Source: an uncultured Vicinamibacteraceae bacterium (lineage in GTDB: Bacteria; Planctomycetota; Phycisphaerae; Phycisphaerales; UBA5793). Taken from it: 64,000 nt of DNA. The translations under genes were made by a program, and so were the position numbers. This document shows, piece by piece, positions 48,023 through 57,285 of the stretch. Each line of letters opens with the position of its first letter. The stretch's first letter is position 1. The notes below the pieces were generated by a model that was given only the letters and a program-made list of their open reading frames with translations, did no database searches and was not told the origin of the DNA. The stretch spans positions 22,092 through 86,091 of the forward strand of contig CAZPFK010000003.1 of assembly GCA_964585855.1 (NCBI GenBank), in the 5' to 3' direction.

Positions 48023-48547
48023 TCAGGCCGCCCCGTTGAGCACATCCGACTTGCGACGGATCAATCCCACCACCGCGCTGCGTGCGGCAGCGCCGCCGGT
48101 CGCCTCCTCGGCCTTCTCCTCACCGCCGTGCTGCGCCGCGTACTTCTCCGCAGCGGCGTTGGCGTTGGGCCCGATGATGACGTGGCCCCGGCAGGTCGCC
48201 CCCTCTTCGGCTGAGAAGGAATTGGCGAAGATGTTGCCGATCAGCGTCGAGGATGAGGCGAGCACCAGACTCTCGGAGCACACCACATCGCCGTCAACCG
48301 TGCCCTCAAGGGCCAGCGTGCCGGCCTTGACCGAGCCCTTCACGTTGGCCTCCGTGCCGACGCGAAGCGTTCCGGTGACGGTCACATGGCCGTCGATGGA
48401 GCCGAGAATGACGGCGTCGCCCTCAAGGTGCAGATCGCCACTGAGTCGGCAGGCGTCGCCGATGATCGTCGGCTGGGGGCCTCGTCGGCCGTTCTGCTGG
48501 CTTGTGGGGGTCTCTGCGGTCTGGCCGTTGCTGATCTTCGTGCTCAC
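48023..48547 (-). CDS. Bactofilin family protein
   Basis: LSGDLHLEGDAVILGSIDGHVTVTGTLRVGTEANVKGSVKAGTLALEGTVDGDVVC... is a typical bactofilin repeat. The GTG at 48547 has AAGGAG 6 nt upstream. The track start at 48649 has no RBS. Confidence 0.8.
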   Translation of the reverse strand: MSTKISNGQTAETPTSQQNGRRGPQPTIIGDACRLSGDLHLEGDAVILGSIDGHVTVTGTLRVGTEANVKGSVKAGTLALEGTVDGDVVCSESLVLASSSTLIGNIFANSFSAEEGATCRGHVIIGPNANAAAEKYAAQHGGEEKAEEATGGAAARSAVVGLIRRKSDVLNGAA

Positions 48548-48679
48548 CGGATGCTCCTTGGACTGTCTCAGAATTGGGGTCGTGGCGCTGCGGGGCGCGG
48601 ACACTTCCCTTTCGACGAATCCGCCGCTGAAGCATCGAGAAAACATCAATTGTCCAATAACCCGAAACGGCCCCCGGCC

Positions 48680-49648
48680 CTACGTTGATGCGGGTCGCCG
48701 TCGAACCAGCAGAACGAATCCCAGCAGCAGCATCAGCAGCGAGGCGGGGGCGGGAATCGGCGAGTTGTCCCCGCCGTTGATCGCCAGGTCGTACAACTCA
48801 TCCTCGGTCAGTCCGATGAAGCCCGCATCCCATTTCAGGTTCATCAGTTCGACCAGTTCGTTGGCAATCAGGCCGTTGCTGACCGCCGTCGGATGAATGT
48901 CGTCGGCGAAGAAGTCACCGCTTTCGCCGTAGAACGGGGGAAGGCGGAGGGTCAGGCCGTTGATGTCCGGCGGGTTCTCGATCCAGTCGTTGACAATCGC
49001 CCAGAGATCCAGGACGACGACGCTGGCAAAGCGGGCGTAGCCGCGGATGGCGGCGTTGGCGCGCTCGATGTGTGCGCGCATGTTGCTCTCCTGCTGGTCG
49101 TTGAAGACCTCCCAGTAACGGGGCGTCTGCGTCAGGTCCGGCAGGGTCCAGAGGACGGCCTTGGCGTCCGGTCGCGCATCCTCGTACAGATCACGTGTGT
49201 AATCCGCAAAGTTGTCGATGATCGTGTTGATGATGCCGTCGGCCCGGCCGTTCTCCCCGGGGGCGTACTGCGTCAGCAGGTCTTCATTGCCCAGCAGGTC
49301 GTTGCCGCCCATCTCCAGCTGGAAGAGCGTGGCATCCCGCTGCAGCCAGATCGCATTGTTGAACTCGTACAGCTCAATCTGCAGGTCGACAAGGTCGCTG
49401 GTGAAACCCGCGACGGCGTAGTTGCTCAGTTCGTTGCCGGGCTGGCGATTCTTGTTGAAGACCAGTTCCATCGGGTCGTGGCCGTAAAGGCGCGGCGACT
49501 CTCCCGTGTACCACGGCAGGATGGATTGATTGTCGGTGAGACTGTCGCCGAAGCAGACCACCTCCCGCAGATTCACATCCGCGAAGACGGCCGAAGCCGA
49601 CGCCGCCGAGACGAAAACAGACAACGCCCACGCCGCCACGCGCTTCAT
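48680..49648 (-). CDS. SGNH/GDSL hydrolase with a PEP-CTERM-like C-terminal sorting signal
   Basis: Signal peptide MKRVAAWALSVFVSAASASA, with AGGGAG 8 nt upstream. Block I is VVCFGDSLTDN. The C-terminus PIPAPASLLMLLLGFVLLVRRRPAST has a Pro-rich motif, a helix and an Arg cluster. Confidence 0.75.
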   Translation of the reverse strand: MKRVAAWALSVFVSAASASAVFADVNLREVVCFGDSLTDNQSILPWYTGESPRLYGHDPMELVFNKNRQPGNELSNYAVAGFTSDLVDLQIELYEFNNAIWLQRDATLFQLEMGGNDLLGNEDLLTQYAPGENGRADGIINTIIDNFADYTRDLYEDARPDAKAVLWTLPDLTQTPRYWEVFNDQQESNMRAHIERANAAIRGYARFASVVVLDLWAIVNDWIENPPDINGLTLRLPPFYGESGDFFADDIHPTAVSNGLIANELVELMNLKWDAGFIGLTEDELYDLAINGGDNSPIPAPASLLMLLLGFVLLVRRRPAST

Positions 49649-49750
49649 GCTGCACACTCCCTGACACGATTCAACCACGAACAGGTCATCGTCAACCTGC
49701 TGCTCAGTGTACCACGACTGCCGGAAAATTGGAAGCCTGAATCCGGCAGG

Positions 49751-51208
49751 TCAGCTCTGCGCCAGCGAACGCTCCGCTTCCGGCAGGTATTCCGGACCCC
49801 GCATGAAGGCGATGTCCCGCCCGACCGGCATGGCATCCGGGAAGAGACTCCGTGGCGGGGCTTTCTTCCGCGTCAGCAGGGCCCAGACGCCGACGGCAAC
49901 GTAGAAGCCGAAGAAGCCGACCCCGGCCAGTGTCAGCAGCCACTGCACGATGGTCTGCAGCGTGCCCACCTCGCCGGTCAGATGTGCGAGGTTCAGCGAG
50001 GTCTGCTCCGATGCGGTGTACGGCTGAACAAGGTAGATCCAGACGGCGTTCCCGCAGAAGGCGACGAGACTCAGCGGCAGCAGCACCTTGACACAGGAGT
50101 GCATGACCTGGTCGATGCGGATTCGCGGCAGCGTCCACCGCAGCCACATGTGGACAAAGACGACGGTGCACGCCTTGCCGATGACCCACATCGCACCGTA
50201 CAGGTTCAGCGCCAGAACCCCCAGCGCCCCGCCGTTGATTCCGCTCTGGATCGCAAGGTCGCTCCAGCCGATGCCGGTGGCCATCTCGCCGGTCAGCACG
50301 CCCTGACCGACGGCGACAGGGTCGTAGCCCAGAATCTGGTACACAGGGTCGATCGGCCCCAGCGGGCTGTTCCAGCCCCCGAGGAAGAGGATCGCCTGGA
50401 TGCACCCGATGATGAACATCCCCGAATACTCGGCGAAGAAGAAGAAGGACCAGCGGATGCCGGAGTACTCGGTGTGGAAGCCCGCCACCAGTTCCGATTC
50501 GGATTCGGGCAGGTCGTAGGGGGCGCGCTTGGCCGAGGCGAGACTGGCGATGAAGTAGATGAAGAAGGCGGCGAAGATGAAGGGGTTGTGGTAGAAGAAC
50601 CACGTCTGAATCCCGCCCCCCTGCAGGTACGAGAGTTCCGAGAGGTTCAGCGTGCCCGCGATCATCACCCCACACAGCAGGGCGATTCCAAGCGGGATCT
50701 CGTAACTGACCATCTGGCACGCCTCACGCATCGCGCCGTAGATGGCCCACTTCGAGTTCGAGGCCCACCCGGAGAAGATGACCCCCATGACCTCCACCGA
50801 AAGCATCGCCAGCAGGTAGAGAAGCCCGACGTTGAGCGCATCCTCGAAGACGAATTGCGGGCCGAAGGGAATGACCAGAAAGGCGGCAAAAATCGGCGCA
50901 AAAGCGATGTATGGAGCCAGCCGGAACATGAAGGAGTCGGCCCCGCCAGGGATCAGATCCTCCTTGCCGATCAGCTTGATGCCGTCGGCCAGCGACTGGA
51001 GCAGCCCGAAGGGCCCCACGTGCTTGGGACCGAGGCGGGCCTGAATGTGCCCGGCGACCTTCCGCTCCGCCCAGATTGAGAGCATCGCCCACACCCCGAT
51101 GCCCGGGAGGAAGACCATCGCAACGATGGCGGCCTTGAGGGCCGCAAGGGCTGCGACGTACGGAAGACCCGTGATTTCAGCAATCTGCTGAGCGAGTTCG
51201 GAGAGCAT
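49751..51208 (-). CDS. nuoH: NADH-quinone oxidoreductase subunit H with a C-terminal extra helix/tail
   Basis: Motifs include IWAERKVAGHIQARLGPKHVGPFGLLQSLADGIKL and PYDLPESESELVAGFHTEYSG. The Met at 51208 has GGAAGGA upstream. No nuo genes neighbour it. Confidence 0.92.
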   Translation of the reverse strand: MLSELAQQIAEITGLPYVAALAALKAAIVAMVFLPGIGVWAMLSIWAERKVAGHIQARLGPKHVGPFGLLQSLADGIKLIGKEDLIPGGADSFMFRLAPYIAFAPIFAAFLVIPFGPQFVFEDALNVGLLYLLAMLSVEVMGVIFSGWASNSKWAIYGAMREACQMVSYEIPLGIALLCGVMIAGTLNLSELSYLQGGGIQTWFFYHNPFIFAAFFIYFIASLASAKRAPYDLPESESELVAGFHTEYSGIRWSFFFFAEYSGMFIIGCIQAILFLGGWNSPLGPIDPVYQILGYDPVAVGQGVLTGEMATGIGWSDLAIQSGINGGALGVLALNLYGAMWVIGKACTVVFVHMWLRWTLPRIRIDQVMHSCVKVLLPLSLVAFCGNAVWIYLVQPYTASEQTSLNLAHLTGEVGTLQTIVQWLLTLAGVGFFGFYVAVGVWALLTRKKAPPRSLFPDAMPVGRDIAFMRGPEYLPEAERSLAQS

Positions 51209-51408
51209 CGCGGGGCGATTCCTTCCCGGAAAAGACGCGTCTGGGGTTCGTGGCCCCGATCGTAGGGCCGGGCAGAAGCGTCGGCAAAGGCCCGGACCGG
51301 CTCCGCAGGGAACTTGAACGGGGGTGACTTCGTCTACCATAAGGGAGGGGATGCCGGCGACCTTTCGCCGATGGATGTCGTACTGACAGGAGGGGACTGG
51401 AGACCGCC

Positions 51409-52419
51409 ATGGCCAATTCGATCAATCACGTGCGCACGTTCTGTCTCCTGACGGCGGCCGGCCTGGCCGCCCTGGGAACGTCTGCATCCTCATTGGCGCA
51501 GCCGCACAACGACGAGCACCTCTTTACGAAGCCACAAGTTGTCAGCATGCCGGCCGACGGCTCCATGCCGGAGATGGCGACGGACTATCGGGCCACCGAG
51601 CCGACCCGCGCCTTCGTGCTCAGCCAGAAGAAGCTGGAAAGGCAGATCCGCCAGGTTCGCGCTCGCTACCTCGGTCCCAAGGCCGCCCACGAGCCGACCC
51701 GCAACGAGGGTCTGGCCCAGCTTGAGTCCTTCACGCAGCCGGAGGCGATCGAACCCCTCGTCGAGACGCTCGGCGGCGAATCCGCCCCGGTGCAGTCCTG
51801 GCTCGTGCAGCATCTCCGCGATCGCGTCGATCCGGAATACGGCCAGTCCACGCTTGCCTACCTCTGCATCTACGGGGACGACGCCTCGCTGGCCGATATG
51901 GCCCTGGGCTCACTGGAAGGACCGGCCTCAGCGCGGACCCGCTACATCATCAACAAGGCATTGCACTCGCGCAACCATAACGTCGTCGGCAACGCCGCGA
52001 TCGTCGCGGGGCAGCTGAAGCTCTTCGAGGCGATTCCGCTGTTGATCGCAGCACAGGCCGGTCAGGCCGGCGGCGGCGGGACCAGCGGCACGGGTGACCT
52101 TGCCTTCATCGCCATCGGCACGCAGCGGTATTTTGTCTCCGATCTTCAGCCCGTCGTCGGCGAGGCCTCAGCAGGGTTCGACCCGACGATCTCCACGATC
52201 TTCGAGGGCTCCGTGGTCCGTATTCAGGATGCCGTCGTGGAGTTCAAGCGGCCCGCCGTGCACAACGTCCTGATGGGCATGGTGCAGGAGGACTTCGGCA
52301 AGCCCGTTGATTTCGGCTACGACGTGAACGCCTGGAGGGAGTGGTACAACACCGAGTACCTGCCCTTCAAGGAAGCCCAGCTCCGCGAGCAGGCCGAAGC
52401 CGAGTCCGGTCAGGGCTGA
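51409..52419 (+). CDS. Secreted HEAT/armadillo-like repeat protein, paralog A
   Basis: It has a signal peptide and the block EAIEPLVETLGGESAPVQSWLVQHLRDRV. It ends with VDFGYDVNAWREWYNTEYLP. It is clearly paralogous to the next gene. Confidence 0.6.
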   Translation: MANSINHVRTFCLLTAAGLAALGTSASSLAQPHNDEHLFTKPQVVSMPADGSMPEMATDYRATEPTRAFVLSQKKLERQIRQVRARYLGPKAAHEPTRNEGLAQLESFTQPEAIEPLVETLGGESAPVQSWLVQHLRDRVDPEYGQSTLAYLCIYGDDASLADMALGSLEGPASARTRYIINKALHSRNHNVVGNAAIVAGQLKLFEAIPLLIAAQAGQAGGGGTSGTGDLAFIAIGTQRYFVSDLQPVVGEASAGFDPTISTIFEGSVVRIQDAVVEFKRPAVHNVLMGMVQEDFGKPVDFGYDVNAWREWYNTEYLPFKEAQLREQAEAESGQG

Positions 52420-52438
52420 TCCCTGGAAAGGAGCGCCC

Positions 52439-53647
52439 ATGAACAGCATTCCTCGATTTCTGACGCTCTCGGCGGCTCTTGCGGCCGTCGCGCCGGTCTC
52501 CGCCCAGACGATCGTCAACCCCGGAGTGATCGAGCGGCCCGTGGTTCAGACCGTTCGGGTTCGCACGACGGTTTCAGCCCCGGCGAATGTCTTCGTCCCG
52601 CCGCCGCTGGTTCCACAGGCCGAGGGCATGCGGGCCTTTGAGAAGGCGCAGCAGGGTCTGCTGCAGGAGATGCGGCGTCTGCGCTTCACCTACCTCCACG
52701 AGCGACGCAACGATGACCTGAAACTGCAGGGATTTGCGAAGATGGCTGCCTACACCGCTCAGGAGGCGGTCGAGCCCCTGATCGAGACGCTGCGCGAGGA
52801 TCGCGCTGAGGTGCGCGACTGGCTGGTGGAGCACCTCGCCACGCGGGTCGAGGGGGAGATCGGGCAGGCGGCCCTGACTTACCTCGCCCTCTATGACGAG
52901 GATGGCGACCTTCGCCGCCGGGCCAGCGACGCCCTGGCGCAGACGGCGCCGGCCAATTCATACTCCCGAATGCATCTGACGCTGGCGATCCGATCCGGAG
53001 ATCCGACGATCTTTGAACGCGCCGCCTACGTCTCGCGCGAGCTCGAGCTCGTCGAGGCCATTCCCTACTTCATCGCACACATCGGCAACGGCCGCTACCA
53101 GCGGACGGAGAAGGGGCCGATGATGCTTCGTTCCGGCAATTTCTTCGCGTTCAAAAGCGAGCTGGATCGCGAGGCGGTGCTCGGCGAGACGGGTTTCCCG
53201 CTCGCGGCGATCCAGGAGTATGAGGATCACCGTGCCCGGATTGTGGAGTATCAGCGCGATGTGCGGCAGGTTGATCAGGTCCGGTTTGATGGCGGGTCGA
53301 TTCGTACATCGGGGTCGACTTTGCACGGCATCAGACGTGTCTACACCGGCCCCCCTGAAGAGAACCCATCAGCGTGTCCGTACACGCTGATTCCCGTTCC
53401 GCCGGTGAGCGGCGAAGAAGGCGTCTCCGCCTCCGAACTGATGGGCGACCTCGCGGCGACGACCTTTGTCGTCGAACATGCCCTTGCGGCGCTCGCCGCG
53501 AAAGTCTCGCCGGACGAAGCCCCCGTCAACTTCGGGCACGACTTCGGCTCCTGGGCCCGCTGGTACAACGAGGTCGCCCTGCCGGCCTTGCAGACAACCG
53601 CCGATCCGAACCTCACGACGCCTGCCGCTGACTTGGCTCAGCCGTGA
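52439..53647 (+). CDS. Secreted HEAT/armadillo-like repeat protein, paralog B
   Basis: It has a signal peptide (AAVAPVSAQ), with AAAGGAG 5 nt upstream. It contains EAVEPLIETLREDRAEVRDWLVEHLATRV and ends with VNFGHDFGSWARWYNEVALP. Confidence 0.6.
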   Translation: MNSIPRFLTLSAALAAVAPVSAQTIVNPGVIERPVVQTVRVRTTVSAPANVFVPPPLVPQAEGMRAFEKAQQGLLQEMRRLRFTYLHERRNDDLKLQGFAKMAAYTAQEAVEPLIETLREDRAEVRDWLVEHLATRVEGEIGQAALTYLALYDEDGDLRRRASDALAQTAPANSYSRMHLTLAIRSGDPTIFERAAYVSRELELVEAIPYFIAHIGNGRYQRTEKGPMMLRSGNFFAFKSELDREAVLGETGFPLAAIQEYEDHRARIVEYQRDVRQVDQVRFDGGSIRTSGSTLHGIRRVYTGPPEENPSACPYTLIPVPPVSGEEGVSASELMGDLAATTFVVEHALAALAAKVSPDEAPVNFGHDFGSWARWYNEVALPALQTTADPNLTTPAADLAQP

Positions 53648-53668
53648 CCGGGCGGCTCCGGTCGTGCA

Positions 53669-54889
53669 TCACTCCAGCAGTTCCTTGCGAGGGTTGGAGA
53701 TGGTGCAGTTGGAGGGGATCAGCGCCTGCGTGTAGATGGTCCGGCCGCTGAACCGCGCCGGAATGTGCGCAAAGAGTGTTGCGACGCCGTCAGCATCGGC
53801 CTTGGCGTGTCCGACGAGTGTGGGCGACGCCAGTTCGATGTAGACGTTGCAGCCCGATGGAATCCGCAGCCCCGGCTCGAGGCCGGCGATGAAGTATGCC
53901 TTCCGGCCTGGCTCAACCTCTGTCACACGCAGTCGGTTGGATTCTCCGGCCCGCGCCGGCGTCAGCGGCATCATGCGCGGCCCGCGATTGGGAACCAGCA
54001 GGGCCACTGTCGGCCCCTGCATGCCGGTTCCTGCGGCAGCGTATCCGATTCCCCGAAAGGCGCCGGTCTCGCCGTCATAGCGCAGGATGTCGCCGGTCCC
54101 GAAGGAGGTGACATAGAAATCACCATTGGGGCCGATCATCATGCCGTGGGGTCTGGAGAGGCCGCCGAGACCCGGGGGGATGAATTCGTCGATGAACTCG
54201 CCGGTGAGAGCGTCGAAGCGCTGCACGCTGTCAGTTTCAAACGAGGCAACGTAGAAGTAGCCGTCGGGGGAGAAGAGGAAAGCGTGCGGCGTGTAGATGC
54301 CGCCGTACTCAGCCGGGATAAAGGGGCCCATGAACGTCCCGGTCACACCGTCGTATCGGAGGATTTCGTGAGTCCGCATACTGGTGACGTAGAGATGGCC
54401 GTCGGGGCCGAAGGCGATCAGCTCCGGGCGGTAGAGGCCGCCGGAGCCCTCCGGGACGAAGATGTCGATGAAGGCACCGGTCTGGCCGTCATAGCGGACG
54501 ATGTTGGAGTTTTTGAAAGAGGCGACGTAAAGATGGCCGTCGGGGCCGAAGACGACGTCGGTCGGGCCGCGCAGGCCCCCGCTCTGGACGGTCACGAACT
54601 CGCCGATGTAGACCCCAGTGTTTCCGTCGTATCGGGTGACGTTGTCGGTGCCCCAGTTGGCAAGATAGACGTCACCGTCTGGGCCGAAGGTGATTCCGTG
54701 CGGCCTGAAGATCTGCCCGTCACCGGGCCGGACGAGATAGCCGATGAACTCTCCGGTCTTTGCATCGAGGCGCTGGACGGCCGATTTCTTGAGATCGCAG
54801 ACGATGACCTCATCGGCTCGTGCGGAGTCGAGGGCGGCCAAGGATGCGATGGTGACGGCGCAGAGACGGAGCGACGCGCGGATTGACAC
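53669..54889 (-). CDS. Secreted NHL-repeat beta-propeller protein
   Basis: Six copies of a ~45-aa unit (RP.GI.FGPDG.LYV....T..I.RYDG.TG.F...F). It has a signal peptide and a GTG start with GGAGGGA upstream. Confidence 0.8.
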   Translation of the reverse strand: MSIRASLRLCAVTIASLAALDSARADEVIVCDLKKSAVQRLDAKTGEFIGYLVRPGDGQIFRPHGITFGPDGDVYLANWGTDNVTRYDGNTGVYIGEFVTVQSGGLRGPTDVVFGPDGHLYVASFKNSNIVRYDGQTGAFIDIFVPEGSGGLYRPELIAFGPDGHLYVTSMRTHEILRYDGVTGTFMGPFIPAEYGGIYTPHAFLFSPDGYFYVASFETDSVQRFDALTGEFIDEFIPPGLGGLSRPHGMMIGPNGDFYVTSFGTGDILRYDGETGAFRGIGYAAAGTGMQGPTVALLVPNRGPRMMPLTPARAGESNRLRVTEVEPGRKAYFIAGLEPGLRIPSGCNVYIELASPTLVGHAKADADGVATLFAHIPARFSGRTIYTQALIPSNCTISNPRKELLE

Positions 54890-55190
54890 GACAGGGTTCC
54901 CTCCGGGGGTGGGTCGGGCGAGTGAGCCGCTTTGGACGCTGTATCACAATGAGGCGGCCTGAAAAACAGCGAGACAGGTCGCGGAGCAAGGAATGCCGTT
55001 GTTGGGGATCGCAACGCGGCGATCGGCGCTCATTTGCTCGTCAAGAGCCAGTATACTGGAAGGCGAACGGGTTGAGAAGGGGTTTTGTTCACGCTTGGCA
55101 CAGGAAATTGACGGGGCTACGCTCATCGACTTTGCACTGCGAGTGACCCCGAAAACCGCCCTGTATGGGCCTCGGACCGGAGAATGATTC

Positions 55191-56708
55191 ATGGCCACTG
55201 AGACCACGGAACTGACACTTGGAGCCGTTCGGATCGAAGACGACGGCCCGGCCAATAAAACCCTTACCATTGAGGTCCCAGCCGACGTCATCGAGTCGAG
55301 GCTCAATCAGGGTATCAATTCTCTGATGCAGTCAGTTCGGTTTCCGGGGTTCCGACCCGGCAAGGCGCCGCGCCGACTGGTCGAGAAACGGCTCGGGGCA
55401 GACCTTGAGAAGGACACGACTCAGCGTCTGGTCTCCGAGGCCTACCGAAAGGTGATTGCCGATAACAAGTTGAAGGTGCTCGGCGAGCCCGTGCTCAAGT
55501 CCGACGTCGCCGACCTCGTTATCCGCCGCGGACAACCGCTGACCTTCTCGCTTGAGGTGGAGGTTCTGCCGGACTTCGACCTTCCAAAGTTCGAGGGAAT
55601 CAAGGTTCGCCGGCCCCTGATGGATGTGACACCGGAGCTGATCGAGCAGGAGATCAACGCCCAGCGTGAGCGCCGCGGCCGGCTGCAGGATCGCGACGGC
55701 AAGCCGGAGCCGGGCGACTACCTCTTCGGGATGGCGACCTTCTTCTCGGAGTCAGGTGAGGAGATTCGGACCGTCGATGAGGCGGTCAGCCGCGTCCCCG
55801 TGACTGAGGATAAGGGCATGGGCATCCTCGCCGGCGTCCTGGTCGAAGGTCTGGTTGAAACGCTTGCAGGCAAGGGTGTCGGCGATACCGTCGATGTGCA
55901 GACGACGGGGCCGGAGAATCACGAGATCGTGGAGATCCGGGATAAGCCGATCCGGATCACTTTCGAGATCGCCAGCGTGCGGCGGTTGATGCCGCTGGAG
56001 CTTGAGGACCTGATTCGCATGGCAGGGGTGCGGGATGAGCAGGAGCTGCGCGACCGCGTCTCGCAGGCGCTGGCGCAGCAGATTGATGCGGAGCAGAAGG
56101 ATGTGATGCGCCGTCAGATCATGCGTTATCTGCTCGACAACTCAGACGTTCCGGTTCCCCAGCGTGCCTCCGCGGCGCAGGCGGAGCGGATCTTTGAGAA
56201 CGCCCGAATTGACCTGCTCTCGCGCGGCATGACTGAACTGGAGATCGAGGAGCATGTCTCGCAGTTGCGCTCCGCTTCGCAGGAGCAGACGCAGCGCGAC
56301 ATGAAGCTCACGCTGATCACCTCCCGGCTTGCCAACGAGTTGGATGTGCAGGTCACGGAGGAGGAGGTCAACGGCCACATCGCGATGATGGCCCGGCAGC
56401 AGGGGGTGCGTCCCGCCGCGCTGCAGCAGGAACTGGCCCAGTCCAACCGGATCATGCTCATCGTCGGCCAGGTTCGCCAGCAGAAGGCGCTGGACCACCT
56501 GATCTCGATGGCCGAAATCGAGGATGTCTCAGCCGAGGACTGGAACACGCAGATGCAGGCCGAGGAGGCGGGCGAATCAGCTCCTGCGGAGGAGGCGGCC
56601 GCGAAGCCGAAGAAGAAGACGGCAGCCAAGGGCGACAAGGCCTCGGGAGAGAAGTCGGCGTCCAAGTCGAAGACCACGAAGGGCTCGAAGTCGAAGAAGG
56701 CTGATTGA
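55191..56708 (+). CDS. tig: Trigger factor with a Lys-rich C-terminal tail
   Basis: The N-terminal ribosome-binding region contains the FPGFRPGKAPRRLVEKR motif. At 505 aa it ends in AKPKKKTAAKGDKASGEKSASKSKTTKGSKSKKAD. Confidence 0.9.
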   Translation: MATETTELTLGAVRIEDDGPANKTLTIEVPADVIESRLNQGINSLMQSVRFPGFRPGKAPRRLVEKRLGADLEKDTTQRLVSEAYRKVIADNKLKVLGEPVLKSDVADLVIRRGQPLTFSLEVEVLPDFDLPKFEGIKVRRPLMDVTPELIEQEINAQRERRGRLQDRDGKPEPGDYLFGMATFFSESGEEIRTVDEAVSRVPVTEDKGMGILAGVLVEGLVETLAGKGVGDTVDVQTTGPENHEIVEIRDKPIRITFEIASVRRLMPLELEDLIRMAGVRDEQELRDRVSQALAQQIDAEQKDVMRRQIMRYLLDNSDVPVPQRASAAQAERIFENARIDLLSRGMTELEIEEHVSQLRSASQEQTQRDMKLTLITSRLANELDVQVTEEEVNGHIAMMARQQGVRPAALQQELAQSNRIMLIVGQVRQQKALDHLISMAEIEDVSAEDWNTQMQAEEAGESAPAEEAAAKPKKKTAAKGDKASGEKSASKSKTTKGSKSKKAD

Positions 56709-56811
56709 GGCCGGCGGCCTGAACCTGAAACCTGACGTCCCCTCGTGTTATTTCGAGGTGGTTTCGTCAATTCTCTTGCCCGATTGCGCTGCGGCTTTAG
56801 ACTAGAGAAGA

Positions 56812-57075
56812 ATGTGGATCGCGCAAGCCACGACGGAGGCCGCGGAGTCAGGCGGTCTCGTACCGTTGGTATGGCTGTTGCTGCTGATTCTGGCAGGGCT
56901 CGGGTTGATTCTTGCGGCGAAGTGGTATTTCAAGGAAATGCGAGAGGGAACGGATCGAAGCGGATTTGATCTTGAGGAACTCCGGGCGATGCGCCAGCGC
57001 GGCGAGTTGTCAGAAGAGGAGTTCAAGGCGGCTCGTCACGTGGTTCTCGGGCAGGCGCGGCGGGATGTGGAATGA
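56812..57075 (+). CDS. Small membrane protein with a SHOCT-like C-terminal domain
   Basis: One helix (LVPLVWLLLLILAGLGLILAA) is followed by LEELRAMRQRGELSEEEFKAARHVVLG. Confidence 0.55.
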   Translation: MWIAQATTEAAESGGLVPLVWLLLLILAGLGLILAAKWYFKEMREGTDRSGFDLEELRAMRQRGELSEEEFKAARHVVLGQARRDVE

Positions 57076-57285
57076 TCGGTGCGGTTCGGACGTCTGTTTC
57101 TGGCCGGGGACTTGAATGCTGGACAGGGTGGATCGCTGGAGAGCGGTCATGCAGATGACGATAGATTGACGATACGGCAGGGCGTGAAGCGGCTCTGCCG
57201 GCCGGTGCGGGGTCGAGGCCTGAGTATGGCACTCCGGCGGGCACGGACCGGGCAACCCCACAAACAAGGGCAGGTAGCAGTCAGT

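Noticed and set aside
48893-51079. Very long antisense ORFs: 728 aa here; also 57010-58722 (570 aa), 32544-34256 (570 aa), 23830-25194 (454 aa), 20832-22238 (468 aa) and 17710-18903 (397 aa)
   Set aside because: Each lies opposite a gene with unmistakable conserved motifs (nuoH, clpX, gyrA, sucA, ABC permease, gcvPA). Their translations are Arg/Gly/Asp/His/Pro-rich low-complexity strings, which is typical of stop-poor shadow frames in GC-rich DNA.
57111-57145. Heat-shock (sigma32-like) -35 element CTTGAAT upstream of clpX
   Set aside because: No CCCCAT-type -10 element lies at the required 13-15 nt spacing, so a single hexamer match is not meaningful.
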